Below, piece by piece: positions 30,594-39,948 of a stretch of DNA of 57,722 nucleotides; position 1 is the first letter of the stretch, and each line of letters begins with the position of its first letter. The position numbers and the translations under genes are program-made. The DNA is from a virus (lineage: Duplodnaviria > Caudoviricetes): positions 1-57,722 of IMG/VR virus record IMGVR_UViG_3300001336_000012; one strand, given 5' to 3'. The notes under the pieces were generated by a model that did not search any database, was not told the origin of the DNA, and was given only the letters and a program-made list of their open reading frames with translations.

Positions 30594-32122
30594 TGTCTGA
30601 CTATACTTTAAAAAATAAAAAGGGCTATGTCTTAAAGCCAGAACAAAATGAAATTGTAGAAGCATTATTACAAAATGACTTTTACTTTAACTTTGCACAA
30701 ACAGGCTTTGGCAAAACATTGACAACGTTGACGGCAGCAGTACATACTGCAAATAATAGAAAAGATGAAGACATACACTTCGTCCTATTACTTCCTAATA
30801 GTGCTGTTAAAGCATTTGTAGATACAATTTCAGGACAGCTTGGTTTAGATTATAATATTTATACTGCGACTAATACACGGGCAAAAGAAAATGCGAGATT
30901 TCATATCTTTAACTATTCAACACTTGGCAAAAATTTATTTGAAAAAAACAAACCAATGTTAAACCCTTATTTCAATTATTTAAAAGAACTAAAACAAAAG
31001 CATCAAAATCTTTGGCTTATTGCAGATGAAGCACATGCATTGCAAGATCCTAATACAATTCAATATAAGACAGTAAGTGTCATTAGACCATGGTTTGTTG
31101 GCATGTGGTTTATGACAGCAACACCCATATTAAACAACTTAGATGGATTCTTTTACATGGTTGACCTCGTTAAACCTGGGTTCTTTAAAAATATTTATTC
31201 ATTTAAAAATACATTTGAAGAGCTTGAAAAAAAGACAATATGGAAAACAATGCGAGGTGGTCATAAAAAAGCAATTAATACTTATGAAATTGTAGGCTAT
31301 AAAAACTTAGATCTACTTGCAGAAAAAACAAATGAGGTTGGCATTGTCCGAGCAAAGACATATGACATAGAGTTTAATTATCGTGAAACAGAGCTATCTA
31401 ATTTTATGAAACAGTATTATAAATGGGCAGCAGAAGGCTTATTTAGTGGAACTAATAAAAAGGGTAAAGGATCTAAAACAAGTAAGCAAGAGCATGCAGG
31501 TGCAAGATTACATGACTTGCAAAGAGTTGTCTCTAACTCACATAAAGATTTTAAAGCATTAGATAAAAACAAATTAACAGAAAAAGAATTGCTATTAATT
31601 AAGACAATAGAAGAAGTCATTGAAAGAAACGAAGCGGTGTTAGTTTATTTTAGCTATTTGGAAACATTAGAAAGAATTAAGTATATATTGCAACGCATTA
31701 AAAATAAGTTTGATATTCCAACAATACATGAAATATCGGGTAATATTAATCAAGCAAAAAGAAAAATGGTTGAATCGGGTATTAAACCCCGTGATGTTGT
31801 CCTCATTACTTCTGCAGGCACAGAATCAATTAATTTGCAAAAAGCAAATAATCTTGTATTCTATGAAACACCATTTCCGCTTAGAGAGTTTATTCAAGCA
31901 TGTGGTCGCATAGCCAGAACAAATTCAACCTATGAAAAGTTTAATGTCTATGTCTTAGAAGCAAAGGGTACAATCGATACCTATAAAAAGAATAGAATCA
32001 TTAGCAATAGTACAGCTATTAAAGCAGTATTAGGAAGCAGCAATATCTTGCCAACAGAAATATTAAATATTAATTTGGCAGATAAAAATGCTATGAAAGA
32101 TGAATATTTATGGTGGAAGTAG
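30593..32122 (+). CDS. SNF2-like SF2 helicase
   Basis: QTGFGKT, DEAH, TATP, INLQ.AN, QACGRIAR. Confidence 0.88.
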   Translation: MSDYTLKNKKGYVLKPEQNEIVEALLQNDFYFNFAQTGFGKTLTTLTAAVHTANNRKDEDIHFVLLLPNSAVKAFVDTISGQLGLDYNIYTATNTRAKENARFHIFNYSTLGKNLFEKNKPMLNPYFNYLKELKQKHQNLWLIADEAHALQDPNTIQYKTVSVIRPWFVGMWFMTATPILNNLDGFFYMVDLVKPGFFKNIYSFKNTFEELEKKTIWKTMRGGHKKAINTYEIVGYKNLDLLAEKTNEVGIVRAKTYDIEFNYRETELSNFMKQYYKWAAEGLFSGTNKKGKGSKTSKQEHAGARLHDLQRVVSNSHKDFKALDKNKLTEKELLLIKTIEEVIERNEAVLVYFSYLETLERIKYILQRIKNKFDIPTIHEISGNINQAKRKMVESGIKPRDVVLITSAGTESINLQKANNLVFYETPFPLREFIQACGRIARTNSTYEKFNVYVLEAKGTIDTYKKNRIISNSTAIKAVLGSSNILPTEILNINLADKNAMKDEYLWWK

Positions 32123-32159
32123 TCATAAAAATAAACTTATGCACTATATATAGTGTAAG
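32123..32159 (+). promoter_or_regulatory. Phage promoter TCATA-N14-CACTATATATAGTGTAAG
   Basis: tcata 32123, cacta 32142. Confidence 0.75.
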
Positions 32160-32180
32160 AAAAACAAAGGAGGAAGCAAA

Positions 32181-32447
32181 ATGAAGATTGTAAAAGGCGT
32201 TGTAAGTCAAGGCACAGGCGACAAAACATTGATGTACGATGAAGAAACTGGGCAATACTTTTTAGTTAGCTCGGTTGAACAGCCAAAAGAAACGCTCATC
32301 TTTAAAAGTGATGAGTATGGTTCATTTGTTAGTTACAGTGAAGTTTGGGGTACTTATTCAATTGATCATGATGATGTAGTTAAATTATTAGTTACTGGAA
32401 GATTGACAAAAGATTATTTCTATAATATGGAGGAAACCTATGAGTAA
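32181..32447 (+). CDS. Hypothetical protein
   Basis: AGGAGG RBS. Confidence 0.7.
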   Translation: MKIVKGVVSQGTGDKTLMYDEETGQYFLVSSVEQPKETLIFKSDEYGSFVSYSEVWGTYSIDHDDVVKLLVTGRLTKDYFYNMEETYE

Positions 32448-32619
32448 ACTTGATTATAAGCAATTGTCAAATAATTTGTTAGATATTTTAATTGATACCA
32501 TGTATAGTATTGATATTGTTTGTGCAACGCTTTATGACCAAGGTTATACAGAAGATGAACTAATTGAAATGGGATTTGAAGAAGAAACTATTAAAAAAAT
32601 AAAATCGGAGGAAAAGTAA
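32440..32619 (+). CDS. Small hypothetical protein (59 aa), not in ORF track
   Basis: GGAGG RBS; MSKLDYKQL...KSEEK fills the gap exactly. Confidence 0.65.
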   Translation: MSKLDYKQLSNNLLDILIDTMYSIDIVCATLYDQGYTEDELIEMGFEEETIKKIKSEEK

Positions 32620-32622
32620 TTT

Positions 32623-32988
32623 ATGTTTATTAAAGATATTTTAGCATTACCAGAGTGGTTTTTATTTGTTGAGTTATTTGTTTATGCGGGTATTATTGTT
32701 GTCGGCATTATTCCAACGTCTATTCGATTAGTAAGACGTAGAAGACAACATGCTAGATTGGCAGAAATTCAAAACATGATATTTACACGGGCACAAAAGA
32801 AGGCAGAAGAAATTAAAAAAGAGATAAGTAGACAATACTTAGATCCAAATGAAAAGCGTAGACAAACGGTTAAAGAAAAGTATGGCGTTGATTATGCATT
32901 TCAATATAATGCAAATGAAAAACGCAGACAAACAATGATTAAAAAGTATGGCGTCGAATATGCATTCCAATTAAAAAATGAAAATTAA
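32623..32988 (+). CDS. Membrane-anchored protein with two KYGV repeats
   Basis: TM helix, then NEKRRQTVKEKYGVDYAFQ and NEKRRQTMIKKYGVEYAFQ. Confidence 0.7.
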   Translation: MFIKDILALPEWFLFVELFVYAGIIVVGIIPTSIRLVRRRRQHARLAEIQNMIFTRAQKKAEEIKKEISRQYLDPNEKRRQTVKEKYGVDYAFQYNANEKRRQTMIKKYGVEYAFQLKNEN

Positions 32989-33961
32989 AGTAAAAAATTA
33001 TCAAGCCATTAAAGAAGCAGACCTAACCTTTGAACCCGGAGTTACCGTTATTGTTGGTAGTAGCAATAACGGTAAAAGCTCTATCATTCGGGCAATTGAA
33101 GCTGCCATCAATAATAAAGGTGGCAGCGATTTTATTAACTATGACGCAGACGCCTGTGATGTTATCATAGAAGATAATGGGCATGTTATTCAATGGCACA
33201 AAGAAAGAAAGTCAGCAAAGTCATATTATCAGCTTAATAATGAAAAGCTAAATAAGATCGGACAAAAGCAAATAGAAGAAGTTGGCGTTATGTTAAACAT
33301 GCCAGAGATTGTTGTCAATAATGATAAGTTTAGATTAAACTTTTGGAAACAACTGGACTTTCCGTTTTTAGTAGGAAAGACACATTATCAATTGTTTGAC
33401 TTTATTTCTAAGTCAAAAGACCAAGAGCTAATGGCAAATCTTTTAGATATGACAGACGAGCAGGCTAAAAATTCTAAGTCTGAGCTCTCTGATATTAATG
33501 CACAGATAAATACGAGGATTCAAGATATAAATGCGGTACAGGCTGAAATACAAGACCTGAGCAAGTATGAGCAGTTTGATATTGAAAAGTTTAAAAAGCT
33601 TTCAGATATTTCCAGTAGTATCGATTACAAAATTTATAAGTATGGATCTGCAAATGAAAAGTATGACGAATTAAAAGCTAATATTGATACCATTAATGCA
33701 ACTATTAACAAAAAGCAAAACATGTTAGAAAGCGCTAAAACTTTTATTAATGAAATAGGACAGCTAAATAATCAAATACAAAAAATAGAAAATGTCCTAA
33801 TGCAAATAGAAAGTAATAATCAAAAAGTAAAGGCAGCAAAAGAAACACAGCAAAGACTTGAAGCAAAGCAATTGTCATTAAAAAAAGAGCTTCAGACATT
33901 TGACGTATGTCCATTTTGCCATCAACCATTAAATAATAATCACGGAGGTTTACATGAGTAG
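32978..33961 (+). CDS. sbcC: SbcC/Rad50-like ATPase, N-terminal part to zinc hook
   Basis: IKVKNYQAI, Walker A GSSNNGKSS, Q-loop, coiled coil, CPFC hook. Confidence 0.85.
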   Translation: MKIKVKNYQAIKEADLTFEPGVTVIVGSSNNGKSSIIRAIEAAINNKGGSDFINYDADACDVIIEDNGHVIQWHKERKSAKSYYQLNNEKLNKIGQKQIEEVGVMLNMPEIVVNNDKFRLNFWKQLDFPFLVGKTHYQLFDFISKSKDQELMANLLDMTDEQAKNSKSELSDINAQINTRIQDINAVQAEIQDLSKYEQFDIEKFKKLSDISSSIDYKIYKYGSANEKYDELKANIDTINATINKKQNMLESAKTFINEIGQLNNQIQKIENVLMQIESNNQKVKAAKETQQRLEAKQLSLKKELQTFDVCPFCHQPLNNNHGGLHE

Positions 33962-34205
33962 TAATGATTTGCAACAAAGATTCCAAAGTATATCAGATGA
34001 AATTGAAAATTTAAACCTTCAAAAAGCACGAGTTGAAGCAAACTTAGAAACAATAGCAAAAGAAAAAGAAATTTTGAGACAGCAGATTATAGAGTTAGCT
34101 AATGTCAATACTGTTGAAGAAGCAGAAAATGTATTAATAAAGCTAAAAGAAAAGCTAGATATGCTTTCAAAAGAAGCTGAGGCTATTTTAAATGCCAACT
34201 TATAA
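33954..34205 (+). CDS. Coiled-coil protein between the SbcC halves
   Basis: Heptad-rich; own GGAGG RBS. Confidence 0.65.
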   Translation: MSSNDLQQRFQSISDEIENLNLQKARVEANLETIAKEKEILRQQIIELANVNTVEEAENVLIKLKEKLDMLSKEAEAILNANL

Positions 34206-34851
34206 TGACATCATTAATGCCTTTAAAGAAAAAGAATCATTAGCTAACTACAAAAAAGAAACACTTAAAAAATACCTTAACGATAAAGAACAACTAATTA
34301 AAAATAAAGAAGAACTGACAGACAGACTTGAGAAGTTTGATAACCTTATGTTTACATGTAAACTTATTATTGAAAAGATTACTTTTAATAGTAAGCATAA
34401 GTTAGAAAAGTTTTTATCATATGCGTTTCAAAACATATTTACAGATCGGCACTATGCGATTGAGCTTACTTTAAAAGAAGATACTAAAAAAGCAGGGCTT
34501 GAAATCACTTTAATTGAAGGTGATAAAAGGCAAGAAATTACTGAATCCGTAGGTGGAGGGATCATTTCTACCTTAGGACTTTTGCTTCAGATCTATTACA
34601 TTGAAGTTTATGGGCTAAATAAAATTATGTTTATTGATGAAGGTTTAAAAGAAGTATCAACAGGACAGATGATTAATGGAAGAGAAGATACTAACTACTT
34701 AAAAAATATTCTTAACTTCTTAAAATGGCTATCAGAAGAAAAACAATATAAGTTTATTATTGTAACACATGACACACATGTTAAAGAATTTGCAGATAAA
34801 ATATATGAAGTAAATAAAGGAAGTGTTACAAATGTCTCTACAACTGCATGA
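34192..34851 (+). CDS. sbcC: SbcC/Rad50-like ATPase, C-terminal part
   Basis: Signature-like SVGGG, Walker B MFIDEG, H-loop IIVTHD. Confidence 0.85.
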   Translation: MPTYNDIINAFKEKESLANYKKETLKKYLNDKEQLIKNKEELTDRLEKFDNLMFTCKLIIEKITFNSKHKLEKFLSYAFQNIFTDRHYAIELTLKEDTKKAGLEITLIEGDKRQEITESVGGGIISTLGLLLQIYYIEVYGLNKIMFIDEGLKEVSTGQMINGREDTNYLKNILNFLKWLSEEKQYKFIIVTHDTHVKEFADKIYEVNKGSVTNVSTTA

Positions 34852-35194
34852 AATAATTTTACTTAGCGTTGCTATTACATTAACCGTGTCATTTTTTATA
34901 TTTAAGTTTAGAAGCTGGATCCTTGGCAGACTTATATTGACAACACAAATTTACACCTTAAATAAAAATTCTGCATATGTATGGGGGTATAGACATAGCT
35001 TTTTAAATGGCAAGCATATGGAATTGACATTATTAGAAAATGATGACAAAACATACATTGTCAAAGAAGTCGTCTATTATAATTATAAAAAAGATGTTGC
35101 CATATCGGTTTTTAAAGATGGCATTGCTGTTCAAACAATTGATTTAAGAAACGTTATTTATCATCAAATTTTAGATATAGAAGAGGTAGAGTAA
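34832..35194 (+). CDS. Membrane-anchored hypothetical protein
   Basis: N-terminal TM helix. Confidence 0.6.
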   Translation: MSLQLHEIILLSVAITLTVSFFIFKFRSWILGRLILTTQIYTLNKNSAYVWGYRHSFLNGKHMELTLLENDDKTYIVKEVVYYNYKKDVAISVFKDGIAVQTIDLRNVIYHQILDIEEVE

Positions 35195-35490
35195 TGGGAA
35201 TTTACATGGCACTAAATGATTCATCACGCATTATTTATTATTTAAAGAAAGAAGTAACTTACTTTATTGAAATGTCACTTAGCGGGCATTCAATAACATT
35301 TCAGGTATTAAATGAACCCTGGACATTTGAAGAAATTAATAAGTCTGGCTGGGAGTTTAAACCTATTTCAAACAAAGAGTTTAATGAATATGTCTTACCA
35401 ATTAAAGGTATTATTGATTATGATTTATTAAATTTAGAAAAGAAAAAGCTAAAAAAAGTAAAAGACTTTTCAACATTAGTTGACAGATAA
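35194..35490 (+). CDS. Hypothetical protein
   Basis: TAATG coupling, GAGG RBS. Confidence 0.65.
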   Translation: MGIYMALNDSSRIIYYLKKEVTYFIEMSLSGHSITFQVLNEPWTFEEINKSGWEFKPISNKEFNEYVLPIKGIIDYDLLNLEKKKLKKVKDFSTLVDR

Positions 35491-35496
35491 TTGCTT

Positions 35497-35520
35497 AAAG
35501 CGGTCATACGGCCGCTTTTT
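35497..35520 (+). terminator. Intrinsic terminator overlapping promoter
   Basis: aaagcggtc-atac-ggccgcttt plus T run. Confidence 0.65.
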
Positions 35521-35540
35521 ACCACTATATATAGTGTAAG
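35504..35540 (+). promoter_or_regulatory. Phage promoter TCATA-N14-CACTATATATAGTGTAAG
   Basis: tcata 35504, cacta 35523. Confidence 0.75.
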
Positions 35541-35560
35541 TTAAAATTATAGGAGGCCGT

Positions 35561-35773
35561 ATGACCCGTTACATTAAAGTTTTTGATTCGCTTTATGCAT
35601 TGCATTTTCAAAAAGAAGACGAGGCAATAGTTATGCTTGCTTTAATGACATATCCAACAGTGCAAGAATTTGAAGAGTTTTGTAAAGCATTTAAAATTAA
35701 GTTTGATTTAGAATATATCTCAGAATATTGTAATCGTTCAATCGTTATGAATGATGCTGTATTTAATTCTTGA
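35561..35773 (+). CDS. Hypothetical protein
   Basis: AGGAGG RBS. Confidence 0.65.
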   Translation: MTRYIKVFDSLYALHFQKEDEAIVMLALMTYPTVQEFEEFCKAFKIKFDLEYISEYCNRSIVMNDAVFNS

Positions 35774-35785
35774 AAGGAGAAAAAC

Positions 35786-36010
35786 ATGGTAAATCCAAAT
35801 TTTAAAGCAATTCATGATGGTAATTTTAAAAAGTATCATCTTTCAGAAGAAAAGTTTAAAATGTTAAAAGCAAAAAGAGCAATTATTATTGGTGCATTTA
35901 TTGATGAAGATCCCGTTGTCTTTTATACAGATGACCCTAACACAAATCTCGTAGACTTTATTTTAAAAAGCAGCGAAGATTACAATGATATGTTAAGAGC
36001 TAAAAAATAA
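35786..36010 (+). CDS. Hypothetical protein
   Basis: AAGGAG RBS. Confidence 0.65.
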   Translation: MVNPNFKAIHDGNFKKYHLSEEKFKMLKAKRAIIIGAFIDEDPVVFYTDDPNTNLVDFILKSSEDYNDMLRAKK

Positions 36011-36030
36011 TAATACAGGAGTGTTTAATT

Positions 36031-36222
36031 ATGGAAGTTTATTTAGAGCAAGTTTTATCACTTATGACAACACACAATGAAGTTAAAATACAAAATGAAA
36101 ATAGGGTTATATTTATTGGTCCAGCATCAATTGCATTTGAATCTTTATCTGAAGAGTCCTTAGCTGAAGAAGTTATTTCGGTAAGTGCTACCGATAAAAA
36201 CAAGGTTTTAATTAAAATATGA
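36031..36222 (+). CDS. Hypothetical protein
   Basis: AGGAG RBS. Confidence 0.6.
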   Translation: MEVYLEQVLSLMTTHNEVKIQNENRVIFIGPASIAFESLSEESLAEEVISVSATDKNKVLIKI

Positions 36223-36407
36223 TGTTCTTGCATAATAAATATGGCCTTTTTTATGTTGACAAAGAAGAGCAAAAGTATTTTTACAAAAGCTATTCAAGTT
36301 TAGATGCAGTTTATTATGCAATAGAACATGACCAAGATTTTTTAAACTTAGAAAAAACAAAAGTAATTGTCATTGAATTGGAGGAAAACTATGAGAATTA
36401 TAATTGA
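36219..36407 (+). CDS. Hypothetical protein
   Basis: ATGA overlap. Confidence 0.55.
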   Translation: MMFLHNKYGLFYVDKEEQKYFYKSYSSLDAVYYAIEHDQDFLNLEKTKVIVIELEENYENYN

Positions 36408-36846
36408 TGGTAATGACGGCGTAGGTAAAACATGGCTTGCTAAGAAATTACAGCAAGAATTAGATATTACCAGCTACATACATTTAACATACAAAGATCC
36501 AAAAGATTATTACTTTTATTCAAGCATGCTTAAAAAACATGATGTCGTATTTGATCGCAGCTTTATGGACGAGCACATCTATTCTGAAGTATTAGGTAGA
36601 CAACCTGAATTCCCCGAAGAAGTCGAAAGAATGTTGTATCAGCAAGTAAAAGATGCCGGCTATCGAGTAATCATTTGCCATACAAAAAATAAAAAGCTTA
36701 AAGAAAATGAACATAAAGAAATAAAAATGTTTGAAGAAAAGATTGACACCTACTTTAAAAATATTGCATTAAAGCATGGCTACTATTATTTTGATCCAAT
36801 TAATGGTAATTATGAAGCATTATTAAATGAATTAAAGGAGAAATAA
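36391..36846 (+). CDS. dNMP (thymidylate-type) kinase
   Basis: IIDGNDGVGKT P-loop, FDRSF..E.IY; start moved to 36391. Confidence 0.8.
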   Translation: MRIIIDGNDGVGKTWLAKKLQQELDITSYIHLTYKDPKDYYFYSSMLKKHDVVFDRSFMDEHIYSEVLGRQPEFPEEVERMLYQQVKDAGYRVIICHTKNKKLKENEHKEIKMFEEKIDTYFKNIALKHGYYYFDPINGNYEALLNELKEK

Positions 36847-37650
36847 ATGGAGTATAATTACATTGAGCTTGGTAAAAAGATTTTAAAAGAAGGCATTACA
36901 GAAAATACTCGTATTGGTCCTACACTATCTTTGCATAATCAAATGCTTTCGTTTGATCTTCAGTTTGGCTTTCCACTAATGACAACAAAGCATGTTGGTC
37001 AAAAAAGCATTATTACAGAAACTTTATGGTATTTAAAGGGGACAACAAGTATTGACTACTTAAAAGAAAATGATGTGCATGTTTGGGACAAATTTGCAGA
37101 CGCTAACAATGACATTGGTAAAACCTACTCATGGCAGTTTAGAAACTTTAATGGTGTTGATCAGGTTAAAGATGTCATTAATAGATTAAATGTAGCAGAT
37201 AAGACCACAGATAGACGTGCCATCATTAATCTGTACAATGTCAATGAATTAGAAGAGATGTCTATTCCACCTTGCATTACTACCATTCAATTTAATGCAT
37301 ATTGGATTGATAATAAAAAATATGTAGATTCTTCAATCTATCAAAGAAGTGGTGACTTCTGCCTCGGTGTACCATATGATATTGCTGAAATGGCTTTACT
37401 GACAACCATTATTGCAGCGTATGCAAAAGCAACACCAAAAAATATGACTGTCTTTTATTCCAATGTCCATGTCTACAAAGCACACATTAAGACATTAGAA
37501 AAGCAATTATTAGAAGAACCTACAGCTTTTCCAGAATTATCTTACGATCATTTAGAAATATTAAAAAGAGAACCAGAAGATTTAACACCAGATCTTTTCT
37601 ATTTATCAGGTGTCCGTAAACGCAAAAAGTTTGACTACGAGTTATTCTAA
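36847..37650 (+). CDS. Thymidylate synthase homologue, probable dCMP methyl/hydroxymethyltransferase
   Basis: ThyA motifs TTK, E.LW, RR, PPC, QRSGD, HVY, but GVPYD (Asp) instead of GxPFN and PPCI instead of PPCH. Confidence 0.8.
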   Translation: MEYNYIELGKKILKEGITENTRIGPTLSLHNQMLSFDLQFGFPLMTTKHVGQKSIITETLWYLKGTTSIDYLKENDVHVWDKFADANNDIGKTYSWQFRNFNGVDQVKDVINRLNVADKTTDRRAIINLYNVNELEEMSIPPCITTIQFNAYWIDNKKYVDSSIYQRSGDFCLGVPYDIAEMALLTTIIAAYAKATPKNMTVFYSNVHVYKAHIKTLEKQLLEEPTAFPELSYDHLEILKREPEDLTPDLFYLSGVRKRKKFDYELF

Positions 37651-37651
37651 A

Positions 37652-37682
37652 TCATAAGTTACATATTCTTTCACTATATAAA
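37652..37682 (+). promoter_or_regulatory. Phage promoter TCATA-N15-CACTATA
   Basis: tcata 37652, cacta 37672. Confidence 0.7.
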
Positions 37683-37704
37683 CTAAATTCGTTAAGGAGG
37701 AATT

Positions 37705-38820
37705 ATGGCAAGAAAGAAAGAAGTTAAATCAGTTGATCCAAAAGAGTTAAATAAGTTTTTAGGTGATTATCTATTTGAAGAACCAGAAACACTTGAAGAT
37801 GGCACAATTAAAACCGCAAGATATGAGACAGGCATTATTATGTTTGACCTGTTACTTAATGGGGGTTTGCCAAAAGGCAGGGCTATTGCAGTTGGTGCCG
37901 AACCTGGTGTTGGTAAAACTACACTTTTAATTCAAGCATGTGGTAACATTGTAGAAAGGTATAACAAAAAAGCATACTACTTAGATGTTGAAGGTGGCGC
38001 AACGTATGAATTATTTGAAGCCATGGGCTTTGCAAATCTGCTTTATAATCCTAATACTAATCCAGATGGTAAGCTTTATTTATTAAGTGTTAAGACAATA
38101 CAGGACATTTCACGCATTATTAAAAAGGTTGCACCCGATGAAGAAACCGCAGTTATTGTCATTGACTCAGATACACAGGTAACAGATCAATTAGCAATTG
38201 ACGATGAAATATTAGGTACTGGCAATAATGCTGTTGGTAGTAATGCTCGTATGTGGTCAAAAGCATCCAGACCTTTAAATGCAATCATTAGTAGCTCTAA
38301 TGCTTCCCTATTGGTTGTACATCAAGCTCGTGTTAATTTAACTGGATTTATGCCTAAGATTGAATCTGCAGGTGGTAATGCACTTAAACATTTAGTATCT
38401 GTTGAAGTATGGGGTAAAAGAAAAGCATGGATCGGACCTGGCAATGTTTGGGTTAAAAAAAGACAGGAAGCTATTGGATCCTATGTTAAGCTGACAACAG
38501 AAAAGAATAGGCTTACTAAACCATTTGCAACTGTTGAACTCCCAATATTCTTTGGACGTGGTGTATCAAACAAATGGGCGTATAAACAATGGCTTGAAGA
38601 TAATACAACCGTAGATCAAGCAACAGGTGAAGTGGTCCAAATGCTTAATAAAGCAGGCGCAGGTTACTATACATTGACATTACCATCAGGACCACACAAA
38701 TGCCGTGGTGATGAAGATATGTGGCAAATGATTGATGAGCACTACGAAGAGATTGTCAAATATGTACAAAATAATGGTGGCTTTAAAGTTGCCTTATATG
38801 GAGAAGGAGATGAAGAATAA
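37705..38820 (+). CDS. recA: RecA/UvsX-like recombinase
   Basis: TGIIMFDLLLNGGLPKGR, AEPGVGKTT, YLDVEG, VIDS, GGNALKH, KNR. Confidence 0.9.
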   Translation: MARKKEVKSVDPKELNKFLGDYLFEEPETLEDGTIKTARYETGIIMFDLLLNGGLPKGRAIAVGAEPGVGKTTLLIQACGNIVERYNKKAYYLDVEGGATYELFEAMGFANLLYNPNTNPDGKLYLLSVKTIQDISRIIKKVAPDEETAVIVIDSDTQVTDQLAIDDEILGTGNNAVGSNARMWSKASRPLNAIISSSNASLLVVHQARVNLTGFMPKIESAGGNALKHLVSVEVWGKRKAWIGPGNVWVKKRQEAIGSYVKLTTEKNRLTKPFATVELPIFFGRGVSNKWAYKQWLEDNTTVDQATGEVVQMLNKAGAGYYTLTLPSGPHKCRGDEDMWQMIDEHYEEIVKYVQNNGGFKVALYGEGDEE

Positions 38821-39059
38821 TGTTAGAACAAATATTAAGCACTTTTTTAGAACCTGAATTTTTGAGGTTGGCAGCACTTAATTTTTTATATCTTATTAGT
38901 GGTTTTGGACTTATCTATTTTTTGTTTGATAATCTGACAGCAAATAATATTCCAACTAACTTAAGAGGTTATTCTCAAGGTATATTATTTAAAGCCATTA
39001 TAATGCTTGTTACGTTATTTTTAATTAGCATATCAATTACTTACTTTATGGTCTATTAA
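38820..39059 (+). CDS. Small two-TM membrane protein
   Basis: Two hydrophobic helices. Confidence 0.6.
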   Translation: MLEQILSTFLEPEFLRLAALNFLYLISGFGLIYFLFDNLTANNIPTNLRGYSQGILFKAIIMLVTLFLISISITYFMVY

Positions 39060-39246
39060 GTTTTAGACATCTCTTTTGGCGGCTAAGAAGAAAGAGATTA
39101 TTGGCTAAGGCAAGTGTCTATTTATAGATAATCTTTAGCCTCGACTGTTATGTGATAAAGCGCAAGCACTGTTTAAAGACAGCGTAAGTCTTGCGCCATA
39201 AGTTAACCGTTTAAATAAGTTAGCCCGCTACTGCGTACAACTCATC

Positions 39247-39297
<51 letters not shown>

Positions 39298-39360
39298 GAA
39301 TAAACTATATAATTATATTTATTTAATTAATAATATATAATTAGCATAAAGGAGTTATTA

Positions 39361-39939
39361 ATGCAAAAAGATCTTTTAATACAAAAGTATAAAGACTTTA
39401 TTTTAGAAGATAAAGATAAGTTTAAAAATGAGCTTGAGTTTATCTATAATAAAATACAGTTTAAGAATTTAAATAATAGCCCCTTACTTATTTATAGTCA
39501 AAACAAAAGAAACGCTTTATACTATATTCTAAGTATGCACTATGCATTAAAGAAAGATCGTCTGCTAAATTATGCAGTTGTCACAGGGCAGACGTTAAAT
39601 AATCAACACTTTGCAACTGCACAAACAAAAGATGCGGAATTACATGAGCGTGTCTATTATTCAGATATAACGTTTGTCTCATTAAGTCAATATGATTATA
39701 CCAATGAATATTTAGAAAGTCAGATCATTGACCTCATCGAATTTAGAAAAGCAAACGGAAAGATGACGATCATATCTTATGATGTTATGACGTCTACACA
39801 AAACTATATTACTTTGACAAAGAAACTGCATGCTTACTTTTTAAACAATGAATTCCAGATTGTTGACATTACATCTAATCGACCAGGTGCAGTATTTGAT
39901 AAGCAAAGCGGACAACCAAAAAAGAAAAGAATATTATAG
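39361..39939 (+). CDS. Degenerate DnaC/IstB-like helicase loader
   Basis: EYLESQIIDLIEFRKANGKMTIIS resembles the DnaC C-terminus; precedes the helicase; no Walker A. Confidence 0.5.
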   Translation: MQKDLLIQKYKDFILEDKDKFKNELEFIYNKIQFKNLNNSPLLIYSQNKRNALYYILSMHYALKKDRLLNYAVVTGQTLNNQHFATAQTKDAELHERVYYSDITFVSLSQYDYTNEYLESQIIDLIEFRKANGKMTIISYDVMTSTQNYITLTKKLHAYFLNNEFQIVDITSNRPGAVFDKQSGQPKKKRIL

Positions 39940-39948
39940 GAGGTTATC

